Below, in pieces: positions 24,770-36,553 of a DNA stretch of 64,000 bases (its first letter is position 1; every line of letters begins with the position of its first letter). The notes under the pieces are model-generated. The model had not been told where the DNA came from. It saw only the letters and a list, made by a program, of their open reading frames with translations, and ran no database searches. This DNA comes from Phoronis australis (taxonomy: Eukaryota; Animalia; Phoronida), in the NCBI GenBank assembly GCA_002633005.1, contig NMRA01000099.1, forward strand, positions 156,555 through 220,554, read 5' to 3'. Made by a program: the position numbers and the translations under genes.

Positions 24770-27442
24770 CGGTATTCATCCTAATAAGCACCCATACCCT
24801 TATAAATGACCTCCACACATTTTCAAACTTTGCTAAAATAAGCGCCCAGTCCATGAACGCCGTGTAGATGCAAAAAATGCCTTACCTACAGTTCTAAAAT
24901 TCTACAGTAACATTGTCAATTTATCAATAAGATCCGATAGTCCTGAAAAAATCATTGTGCATGGAATTTGTAGACCACGAGCCTCGTCGTTATGTCAGTA
25001 TTTAGCTGTGACTATACACTTCAAACTTCCGCCTTGCTTCAAAAAGAATGCAAGTTTTGCTGATCTTCCGAGGGACATGTCCTATCTTGGTCTGGCCTTT
25101 CAATCAGAACAGACGCAGCGTACTTGTCAAAGGGATTATATGTATCATAGTCTATGATTGTCTCTTTCCCTCAACAGGAATCCAAATTGCTTTGGAAAAT
25201 CGCGAATCGAAGACTTGTAAAAACTTGACCTTTGTTCAGTTAAAAGCACGTGGCCAGGAAGCCCGCGTAACGTTCAAGTACCTGTCATCAAAGATTAGTC
25301 TTCGGGAACTATCTATTCATGAAACGGGTATCATAGCATCGGCAAGAAATAAATACTGGCACTTATTTCTGAAAGTTTCTAATACCGTAAAAAACGTTTG
25401 CGTTAATTTTAAAGAGGAATCATTAAATTAGTCGTAAGTGGCATTTTTAACGTCAAAATGACCCACTGAGAGTGAACACATCCGCACCTTTACACCCCCC
25501 AGAACCCCCGCAAAATAACTGATAGACTGTCACGGATCCAGTCATCCGGCGACTCAATGACATCAGCCTTACCCAGACAATTCTCAAACGTTTTTAAGCA
25601 GATGAGATCAACAAGTGCTAAATAAAACACATTCTGCTTTACTGCTAGTGTTAATTTCCTTAGTATGCACACCTCGATCGTTACATCGCATTTACTCTGG
25701 CAAATGAACTCATGACACGCACACACTCACTCACTCCCACAACACACAGACGAACTTCAAAACAAACATCACGTGACAACAAAATGTGTGTTCGTCCAGA
25801 GATTTTTCTCGTATTGCGGAGTACGATCTAGTGCAGATTTGGACTTATATGCAGTTAAGGATATCTCCAACCTTATTCACAAAAATTGGCCATTTTTACA
25901 ATATTTCACTTGATACCTTATCTTATCTTCATTCTCAGGGAACTTCAAACACAAAATATATACCGCGTAGCAAGAAAAAAAGATTAAGCAGAACCACCTT
26001 CGAACCCCACAACCGCATGGATATTTGTTTACTTCTTCTCCAAGGTCAAAGGTTAAAGTGCATTCAATTAAATCGAATCTCCAGCCAGGTACAGAACAGC
26101 TTCACATACCTTCAGTCCTTTCATTCACAAAGTCACCATGACATTAAGCCAACGAGGTGTACTTATGATAGAATGGTGCCCGGGAAAACAAAGACAAAAT
26201 GTAGTTTTGATCCTAAGCGAGTTGTGCGTCTACATGCATAACGACCGTTGGCGTTGAAAACGAATGCTACAAGTGGCCTCAGGCCTCTGTGGCCATGAAC
26301 ACAGAAAGTTGTGAAGAGATAAATTATCACCCTAATTCCTTAATTCAATTAAAAAGTTGACATTTCGATGTTTCAATCTCATGCTAACGACATACTATAA
26401 CCACCAATTCGATTTTTGTAATCCATTTCTTACTTGGTTTTGTTTAAGTCTCCCAGCACGTGACATGTACAGGCTATGAACAGTGACCTACTTAAGAAAG
26501 AAGGTCATAAATAACAGTAAAAGTTGGCTGGGAACAATACGTGTATTTGAGGTTTTAATGATAATTAAGTTAGTTACGCACTGCAAAGTCAGTTCACATT
26601 GGGAGTGAATGTTGAACTAGCTAACATAGTTAAGGATTGTATAGGTGTACCGAAAACAAATTTTCACCGAATAATTAACCGAAGACTTTGAGATTTTCAC
26701 TTGTCCCAGTTTAATCAGCTTTTTCTCGGCTTCAGTAAATCGACTTTATTTGAACTTAGGAACACTAGTTCTCGAAAACGGCTAAATGATTTCGCTGAAA
26801 CTTTCCAGATCTAATATTTAGTCACCAATCTCAGAAACGCTGTTAGGATTTTTGATATAAAGGTCTAGTTTTTGCGTAATGTGACAAAGACAAATAAGAC
26901 TTCAATTTTTTACAAAAATACCTTACGTTTTGCGAGATGATTTGTCATAGAAACCAAACGAACAGACTAATCGAAAATTCCTAACAGCGTTTTTGAGGTA
27001 ACTGGTGAAGTTTTCATTTTAAAAAGGTTTCATTAAAATCGACCGAGGTGTTATTTTGTTATGAATGTACCTTTCTTAAAGATGAAATTTTGACTTAAAA
27101 AAGGTTTTTGTGTAAAAATAATAATGGTACATAAATACAAAAAGTATATTTACATTTCCTGGTCTTTGTTCTTTCAGAAAATATAAACTTTTACTACTTA
27201 ACAAAGCTTAGTTTTTTTTGATATACAAGTTAGAATGGAGGCCACTTAATAAGGTTGAAGATAACCTTAATCCCGACTTCACAGGTTACAGATGCGTCAT
27301 AGAGCGTAAACTTGATAAATTCTAGCTGAGGATTTCATCTCTTTCGGAGACTGGGTTTCAACCACTTTTGGGCTATAATAAGCACCCCCTTCCTAAAGCG
27401 AATTTTTCTAAGCACCCTGGGCGCTTATTAGGGCGCATGCGG
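24770..27442 (+). mobile_element. Pogo-like MITE family B, copy 1 (interrupted by the 25859-27266 insertion)
   Basis: TA-flanked ends CGGTATTCATCCTAATAAGCACCC ... GGGCGCTTATTAGGGCGCATGCGG. About 1 kb is collinear with 55080-56482. Confidence 0.85.
25859..27266. mobile_element. TTAA-targeting non-autonomous DNA transposon (Kolobok-like)
   Basis: TTAA TSD at 25855-58 and 27267-70. TIR GGATATCTCCAACCTTATT / AATAAGGTTGAAGATAACC. The element is absent at the equivalent site in family B copy 2. Confidence 0.85.
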
Positions 27443-28556
27443 TAATCCCGTTACTTTACATTAAATTTTGACTAACGGGGCTCTGTTACAAAGTTCATGG
27501 TACCTGGCCCTATATGACATTCTTTGAGATGCTTATTCTTATATTTCCCAAAAACTTAAAATCGGATTGCATGTACTAAACAACGGTGCTGGCTGTAACT
27601 ACCATTGTGAGATTACAAGTGGTGGTACTTGGTGCGCAGTACATTACTTTCCCAACTTTTTTTATTTTGCTCGCACGCTACAGGTCCTAGTTCCCCTTTG
27701 ATTGACAAAATCATTAACAAAAGAGAAATAGCAAGCAACATGCGGCTCCTGAATAGCTTCAGGACTACTATGGTCAGATCCAAGATGGCGGATGTGGCAG
27801 CCACCTTGACTTGAAAATGACACTGTAACATGTCGCCGTCATCATCACCAGTATCATTATTGAATTTCGCCAAGGATCACAGAGAACAGTTTCATTTGAT
27901 CCATAACAGAGAAAGCTTCATGAAGTCAAATGGGAATTTCTGCCATTCTAAATTATATTGTGTATTGTGTTGAGCTTGAATTGAAAATCAATATCTTGGA
28001 AATGAAGGTATGCCAGCAAAACTACATGTTGCCACAACGCTAATAATTCGACGTCATGATTTTAGTTGATTAGTACTTAGTTTTTTGTTTACAGATAGTG
28101 AAAAAATGGATCTGCGTGCCACAGTCACCATCTAAAATTTTGCTTAACACAATCGTGACTAGAATGTAATCATTAATAATACAATCTATGAGTTTTCCTT
28201 TCAGGAATTCAAACATTGAACCATTTAGTAGTCGGGTTATCAATCACCATTTGAAATCAAACACAATTCTTTGTCTTTCAGCAATAACTGATTTACACAT
28301 TTTTCAACTGGGCCAGAAACAATGAATGATCAAAACGAGCATTTCCTGAAAAGTACATCTCTTCCTCAACACTTCCCGTGTAGATATTGATGCCTGACAG
28401 CAGATCACGGTTCACAAAGCTTTTAAATACTCTGATTTTCCCTTCGACTGATACTTCCTGTCACTACTACGGCAGAACTCACGCTTCACAGCCAACGTAC
28501 AGGAAGGCACTCGGGCAAAATCATTCTCCAGTATACACCAAGTATTCAGGCAATTA

Positions 28557-31500
28557 CCGTAAACTCGCGGGTCAACGCCCATGCAGGTGTAATCGCCCAT
28601 CCCCAACTTTTGGTCAGTTTTCAGTTTTAAGAGCGCACTGCTTGAGTAATCACTCATCCCCTACTTAGTGCAAATTTCCTCTAAGCACCCACCAGTCTTG
28701 GGTAATCGCCCATCCACAACTTACCGCTTACAGAACTTGAGCTTGAACTCGGTGCTTTTGTTCACAGCTTCGCCTCGGACTCACACTTCCGTGTTTGCGA
28801 AAACACGGAGTGCTAATACAGCTGCTGTCTCGAAAAATGCGTTTTCAGCTGGCGTTTGTTTCACAACTCAAGAACTGCAAATAACTTTTTTAAACTACTC
28901 AACTGATCTTTTGTTAACTTAAAATAGGCCTACTCTGTACATTTTTATAGAAGTGGCGCTAGTCTACTACGAGATTAGTCATCGTTTAGAGATTAAATGT
29001 GGATGCCCCGTTGTGATGAAATGGCGTAATTTTGCAACAAGCACATAAACTGATATTAATAGCCAACCGAATGAATGTGCTCCCATTCCTTAGAACCTAA
29101 CAGTCTTGGGTCATATGCTCCAAACACTCACCCCATGCGATTTCTTTTAAAACTTACCAATTAAGTTCACGGTTTGTCGCCCTGATTTTGGAAAAAAACA
29201 ATTCCAACTTACAGCTTACCGTCCTGGTATTTTGGCTGTTTGGTGAAAGAAAACATATGTTAAAAATCCGTACAAGAAAAAATCCACTGGATCATTCAGG
29301 ACTGCCTTTTTACCAAGCTAACTTGGTGGTGACCGCGGAGCAGCTATTTCATTTTTTCTCCGCCCTCATCCTTGCATTTTAGTGACGTCAGTAAACCCAC
29401 GGTGAAAAAAATATGGACCAGACTGTGACGTTATTTGCGAGTACAAGTTTCATGAGTGCGCCTCGCAAATATTAGGCCTGTTCTGTTGCGATATATCGCT
29501 ATCCCTTTAATGTCCAACTTTCAACAATAGAATAGCGTTCAGATATGCTGGGAAGCGGGAGGCATTATTCAGCAACTAACCAGTGCAAACACAAAATGTT
29601 CGTGCTAATAAAAAGGATATGGGTGTTTTCAGTGTGCGGCAGTGTGAATGGAAGTCGTGCGCTAATTGCTGTTAACTAAACTCAAAAGTATGCAGTATCC
29701 AATATGGCGCTGCCTTTTACCAACCTTTACAACTGTGAAGATCACAAGACGTCAAGGAGAATACAATAAACTTTTATTTTACAAAAACTGCAAGAAACAC
29801 ACTCACAATACCACCGCACTTATAACTTACAACAGGGAAACTTACGTTTCAGGCCACAGGTCGGAATGGACCTGCCACCCAAAAGATGAGGCAATCCTAA
29901 AGATGCAAACGCTGTCACAGTATGGCAGATGGGGGGACTGTTGGACACGTTCCGAGAGGACTATGCAATTATTTTGTTCACATAGTGTGACAGAAACTCG
30001 TGCTGTGTTCTCAGGTACGTTGCAACATGGCGGCGCAAATACGTGGGCGGGGTGGAACAACTTTCGTGATAAAAGTGATTTTGTTCAGATTTCACACGAC
30101 ATCAGACAATACGTTGACATTGACATGATATACTTGTAGTTCTTCAGAGTTAGATCTTCACTTCTACACTGTTTGTAACTCGCACATTTATGCAAATCGT
30201 TTTATGTAAAACTGCATTCATGTTAGGATATTGTGTCCTGTGTTGAAGAGACTGTTACTGGTATTTGTAGTTATGTAACACGTCTTTCCTTTTTAGTGTA
30301 CTTAATTGCCATAACAGTACAGTACATGGTGGTATTACGAACCTTAGGTGTAACAACCATGAGAAAACAGTGTTTGATGTAGGAATCCCTATTATGAAAT
30401 AGAAACAAAACAGTTATGCTCTATTACGGCAAACGGGACTTTTAGGGTAGGGCTTCGGAAAGTACCCGATAGAAGCCTACTTACGACATCTTGGTCGTCA
30501 CTGACGTAAGTATGCCTAGGTGACAAGTTTTCGAATTACCTCGTCTGGATTTACTTTTTTGTATCAGGCACCATTTCCGATGCTTATTCGAGTTTCAGTA
30601 GTCAAAAAGACCAAATTTTTAGTGTTTGGCAAGAACAGGAGTAAAACTTCGAGACATCGCAATGTGACAAGAACTCTCGCACTGTATCACTCCTAAGTCT
30701 TCTTTAGCTACTTTTTGCATAAAAACATTCATGTATTTTATTATCCTTGTTTGTTCTCCATCTCGTGTTAAGTAGTTCACTGTGTTACCATCACCCAATG
30801 TTTTCCAGTGGGAGGACACTCTTGCTTTGACAATTCCACTGACTGAAAAAAGGCATACAAAGTTAGAATTCATAACACATACCCGACTTGCAGGTGTGTA
30901 ATGCATGTTGAAAACCCCATTCACTTTTCCTCAAGGGCATGTATGAAACACAAAGTCTGCAGAAGGAAAAATATAAGTTAAAACAAACAAGACTGTAATT
31001 TCATTCTTTTTTTAAAGTTAAAGGTTTCATCAGTTTTGAATGCAATTATTGAAACCTATGAAAATCTAGAGAATAGGTTCGCAATTGGTCTCTAGAGGCA
31101 TTGTAGTATGTAAAAATGGTCACTTACTTAGAGACGTGGTTGAACTTAACAGACGTTTCGACCTGGTCCGCCAACTTAGTTTAGATTCAAAGAACATCTG
31201 AAACTAGACAGACCAACAGCTGTGGGGGAACATATTTTGGCAGCTGGGCATACCATCTCTCTGGTGTCATCCAGGATCCTAGCCAAGGAACAAAATTGGC
31301 AAATTCGTAACCTCAAAGAAGCCATAAACATCAACAGTCAGCGTCCCCTCTTGAACCGGGACAGATGATTCCACTTACCCCACGTGTAGTCCAGCATTCT
31401 TAACGAACGAAAGGCGGGAAATTCCTCATTCATCGACAAAGACCAGGCGGACCAGGTCGAAACGTCTGCTAACTAAGTTCAACCACATCTCTAAGTAAGT

Positions 31501-33272
31501 GACCAATTTTATATACTACTATGAAAATCTTATCGGCGTTAATCACACAAACACCCCACCCTCACCAAATTTCCTGTTGCTGAGTGCGTGTGCTTATAAG
31601 TGCAACTTAAAAACCATAATGAATGAATGAACACTGGACCCCTAGGCCAACATTTCAGTTTAAAATCGAACTCTCAAAAACATTAGTCATTAGAGAGTAG
31701 GTTAGGTAATTACATTGCCATGAATGCTGAGTTAGTGAAATCACGCCTGTTGACAAACAAAAAGTCCAAGGGACATGAATCTTACAAATTCCGCCTGATA
31801 TCTCCCATGCTATTTTTGCAAGTGTCACGCGCCAGGTCACACACTTCTCTCGCGCTTATCCTTGCCTAACTCACGTAACGTCAATTGAAATAGTTTGTGG
31901 TTATCGCTATCGATGAAAAAGTTAACAGTGACTAAAAGGTGGAGTTTGAATTCTTCGCCAGTCATCTTACTTCCTATAAACATGCAAGGCCCGTAACAAT
32001 TTCACATGCAATTCAACTTATTTTTGACCTATAACAAAAATAGTAGACCTAAAGTGCAAGAAGTAATATGTTAAAATGCACACCATTCTCTGACTTTATC
32101 CTGTCACTGTATACTTTAGTACTTACCTCTAGCCGCTTGAGCTTTGTAGAGGACGGTGTCAAATTTCACTTGAGTCCACCTCTCTTTCGAGTTTCGTGTC
32201 CACGCCAGACGGGAAACTTAACAAAACAGATAAGTGTTTACATGCTCATGCGGTCGGTGTCTGCCCTGTTGCTACACTTATCCACAGCTTGGCACTTCTC
32301 GCCTACTTTGAAAAAATCCGCCATTGCATACTATCTGCGCAGACATCATAGGAACTGAAGCACGTGGGATTGTTTCCTTCAGAAAATGACGATTGTATAC
32401 CTACGCTTACAAGCAAGTTCTCAATTGCAATTCATTTTAAAACAATATATTGTGTAATATCATATATTCTGGGATTTGTGTTATTGCAACAAATTGATTA
32501 TGGTACATTTTGGCCTTTTAGTTGCCTCATGGAGACAAATCACAACATACCCTTTGTAAATTCTTACGTTCTACTCATACACAAGGTGGTAAATTTTTAT
32601 CAGTAAAAACTTCAATTTCTGGCCTAAAAAGAAAATTCAAAGTTCTAAAATGCTTAGTTTTTCGTGAGAAATTCGGTTAAGCAGGTAAATTTTTTAAATA
32701 AACTTTAGTTTTTTGCCAAAAACCAACAAGCACGTAGTTTTATGGCATAATGAGGTGTCATTAAAGGATTACGTACGACCATGCAGCCCAAGCAGCTGGA
32801 CTCAATTCCATGGGCTGTGTTCGCATAAGCTAACTCCAACCGTCGGACGACCATCGTCCGACAGTCAATTTTTTGCTGGGCAGGGTCCGTCATGGAATTG
32901 TCCATGTTTTAAATCTAGCACTAAACTAAACACCGAATCGAAAGTTTATGCAGTTTAATACGCAGACGACGTTAACAACGAGACGGGACCGGAAGGGTTC
33001 CAACCAAACACAGCTGTACGAACAACACTAACTGAATACAGTGGCGCTGGAAATGACATGTAGTCCCGTTCACTGATCTGAAAAAGTACTGACTGATATG
33101 GTAAGTGGACTGCCATTCAAGCTTCATAAGTGCCCACCCCTTGGGTAATCGCCCACCCTCGACTTTTGGCCAATTGTTCATTTTGAGCGCCCAGTGCTTG
33201 GGTATTCGCACACCCCCTGCCAAAAGGCTTTCACAATTTAAGTGCCTTGGGCGTTAACCCCCAAGTTTATGG
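28557..33272 (+). mobile_element. Family A-related TA-flanked element (~4.7 kb) carrying nested insertions
   Basis: Left TIR CCGTAAACTCGCGGGTCAACGCCC and right TIR GGGCGTTAACCCCCAAGTTTATGG, both TA-flanked. Shared subterminal TAATCGCCCA motifs. ~31780-31865 resembles 8098-8190. The mini copy at 16669 joins these same two ends. Confidence 0.6.
31068..31518 (+). mobile_element. 5'-truncated Penelope-like retroelement with inverted end and GIY-YIG endonuclease remnant
   Basis: From 31183 it translates RFKEHLKLDRPTAVGEHILAAGH...RILAKEQNWQIRNLKEAININSQRPLLNRD, with stops after. Inverted repeat 31102-31172 / 31446-31519. 12-bp TSD CTATGAAAATCT at 31056-67 and 31519-30. Confidence 0.88.
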
Positions 33273-33633
33273 TATCACATTAAAACCAGGCCTTGTAAAT
33301 GAGTATAATTCTTAGACCATGGCCAAATTCTATATTGTGAACAGTTGTTTGCCTGAGCTCTACTATCAGCCCGGATTATGCGCTGTTGTGCAATTATTGC
33401 AAGCGTTAAAAATGAGCTTTAAAATACATACCAATTTGAAACTATGAATATCCAAGCATTTTTCAATGTATGTTTTTGAGTTTTTACACAGTAGCTGGTA
33501 ATATTGCTCAATTAACCACAAAGAATTGTTTCAAATCAAAAAGCGACAGACGGTTTCACCTCCAGATGCCTTTACCGCATTGTTGATCAGTTCCCATGGA
33601 AAAGGTTTTTCATTGCTTTCAGATGATATGATT

Positions 33634-33872
33634 AAATGGCTAAATTGTTTACTAAAAAGTGTAAAAGTCTGGTGAGTTGGACGTTTCCGCCCTCTCTCTA
33701 AGGGCCTAATGTTCACTGACTGGATTTTCCACGTCATTCTAAAACCAGGTCAACCTGATGCGGGAAATCCAGTCAGTGAACAAGGCCCTTAAGAGAGAAG
33801 GCAGAAACGTCTCACTCAGCAGACTTTCACACTTTTTAGTAAGTGATTTAGCCACTTAACATAAAGTTTAAC
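33634..33872. mobile_element. Inverted pair of probable Penelope-like 3' ends (foldback with ~100-bp arms)
   Basis: Arms ~33632-33737 and ~33756-33859. Contains GCGGGAAA and TGAACAAGGCC...GGCAGAAACGTC, resembling the 31068 element. Imperfect 11-bp direct repeat ATG(A/C)TATGATT at 33623 and 33873. Confidence 0.6.
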
Positions 33873-34063
33873 ATGCTATGATTGTGAAATTTTTTGTTTA
33901 TACTCGCAAGAGAATTAAAGCATATTGAATCTTGTATTTTTGCACCACCAGATATGTTATAGCTTTCAATTTCGTACATTTGAAATGCTGTGGTACTGTT
34001 CACTGAAAATTTCATTATTTGTAAAAACATGAAAATTTTGAGACATCCAGTTGAGAAAAAAAA

Positions 34064-34575
34064 ATCAAGTTTGAGTCTAATACTGGAACAAAAATTACTA
34101 GAAATTAGCAACGTTGCGTCTGCATCTCACGGACTTCGGCTTGGCTTGTGACATTATTGTTAGTCTGGCCCATTGGGGTCGTTTTGACCAGACGGCGCGA
34201 CATTGATGTCAGAACACCATCCCATACGTGTGACAAATCGAATCTTAAACCGCCTCTTTTATTTAAAGAAGGACTCTCAATGTGCTCATGGAGACCTTCC
34301 TTTACATGCCTTCTGAACCAGTCTTCCTCAAATTCTATGATAGTGACATCATCAGTATTGAAATCATGTCCAGTGGTGCAGGGTGGCTAACAATAGTCGA
34401 ATCATAAGTGTCCCGTAACTAGGTCGACAATGTTGTGACATACAAATTGGTCAAAACGCCACCAATGGGCCAGACTAAGGATAACGTCACAAGCCAAGCT
34501 GAAGTCTTTGAGATGCGGACGCAACGTCGCTAATTTTTAGTAAGTTTTTATTCCGGTATTAGACTCAAAATTGAT
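34064..34575 (-). mobile_element. 5'-truncated Penelope-like retroelement with inverted end and GIY-YIG remnant
   Basis: Minus strand 34380-34190 translates CTTGHDFNTDDVTIIEFEEDWFRRHVKEGLHEHIESPSLNKRGGLRFDLSHVWDGVL, typical of the PLE endonuclease C-terminus. Inverted repeats ~34064-34191 / ~34447-34575. Confidence 0.88.
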
Positions 34576-36053
34576 CTAGTTCATTATTTGTGTTGACCAT
34601 CTGTACAGTTGGTGCACTTAAAATGCTGTAGTGTCATTTTGTTTGCCTCAAGCTGGCTTCTTGTATGGATATGCTTAGTCACATAATATTTACACCACAA
34701 GTTGTATTTGTAGCTTACATGTATGTATATTTTTATTTTATACTGACGAATATATGTACATATTTTTTCAATGACACTGACAGAGGCACGTGTGTAGATC
34801 ATTTTATTGTTTTTGTGGAAAATACATCTTGTATGTTCTTATTACTCAGAGTTCAATAAAAACTGATTCATAAAAACTTTCGTTTGTGAGTTTTGATTTC
34901 TTTGCTTTCTGAGCCACCAGTTATAACAGAGCTGTGCCTCCCAGCCTTGTTCCCTCAAGGTGACTTACCCTTTGATCCTGCACTTGGACTAATGCTGACA
35001 CAAGCCCTTACACAGGAAGGTGGTGACTGTGTTTACTTCACTGAATCAGTTTCTTCTACCTCAGTGAATTTTGGCCAATCTTAGAGTAATCTCACACATC
35101 TTGGAAAATCAATATTTGCAGGAAGCAATAATACCTTGACTTCTTAGAATTCGTGGAACAGCTAATGGTCCAGAAAGAATTAAATTACTTATGGGTGTGT
35201 GTAGCATGATATCATTTTAAGAACAATTTACAGATGAGTTGATGGTACAGAAAGTGAGATGGCGTGACGTTTTTAAGCGGAAATGTAGCATGAAGAAGCA
35301 AGAATTCAACGAAGACTTCACAGCCCAGAAGGTCCAATAGCATGACATCCTTAACTAACACAGCGTGAGCGTGCACTGGCTTTAGTTACACTGGCAGCAC
35401 TACGCCTTGTCTATTGATAATACCCAAGACAATAAAAGTAGTGAGGATGTCTGTCGCTTGGGGAGAAAAAACAGCGTCGTGGCTCTGGGTGAATGTGAAT
35501 ATAGTGCGCGACAAAGTTACCTCAAATTTGAATAAAAATAATGGCAAAATAGTTGACATCAGCCACACCATACAAAACTTTCAAATAACAAAGGAAAGCT
35601 GTCTCCTTATTTATACTAATTGTTGAAAACTGATGAAATAATTTGATCTTAACCGTATTGTTTTAATTTGAAGAAACTTTACCGTATCACTTTGCACAGT
35701 ATGAACACCGGCATGATTTTAGAAATGAGGTATAGACATAGGGCACAGCTGTCGGTATAAAAATGGTATGCATTTTTTTTATTTTGGCCAGATTCAAATA
35801 TGACCTCACATTTGAACTCCAGCTACACCTTCTTCCCTAAAAAGATGACGACCCCAGGGTGATGACCCCAGGGTGAGCATTCAATGGCAAATCTTACGCT
35901 AACTGCTGGCATGCAAGTGGACGAGAAAGTGAGCACTGTTCACCCCAAGAGTATTCCGCGAATTCTTCGGCACATCAATGGCTTCAAGGTCCTGTCACAG
36001 ATTGAAGTGAGCTAGTCGCTATTCCTGGGCTTGGCCAAATGTGTATTGAGATC

Positions 36054-36553
36054 AGGCCCTTTCATACTAACTTGCTTCCGGTCTGAGCGGAGCGTCGACG
36101 TAAACAGCAAAGTTACCTGGACCGTTCATACTGGCTTCGGCAGTTAATGAACATCGAAGTAAACGGTAGGTGATGTTGTCGTCATCGAAGTTATCGCAAG
36201 GTAGAGCTGCACGCTAAGATTATTTTTAAAAGTGACAATTTGGGAATATTTGCATGTGCTAATTGACATAAAACTTATTTTTAAATCGATTGGTGATTAT
36301 TAGAGAAATATAAGCAAGTATTAGCGACGGCACTACCCTGTAACTGTTGACGATAACAGTGGCACAATAACTTCAATAGGACCGAAGTTGACCATTCATA
36401 CTGCACCGCAGCGTCGACGCTGCGCTGTTAAATCCAGCTGTTAACTGCGATGTTAACTGAAGCTGTTAACTGCCATCCAAGACCGAAGCTTAGCGTTCAT
36501 ACTGACCGCAACTCCCAAACCATCCACTCGTCGACGTTAGTATGAAAGGTCCT
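36054..36553. mobile_element. ~500-bp MITE with AGGCCCTTTCATACTAAC TIRs (PIF/Harbinger-like)
   Basis: TIRs at both ends and repeated internal TTCATACT and GTCGAC motifs. No TSD is cleanly visible, so the superfamily is tentative. Confidence 0.75.

Noticed and set aside
25786-26241. 151-aa ORF, and the 157-aa ORF at 29666
   Set aside because: They cross or lie within TE boundaries, have non-ATG starts and show no recognisable domain.
35845-35876. 14-bp duplication, and a 17-bp duplication at ~51913-51953
   Set aside because: Simple slippage duplications with no further structure.
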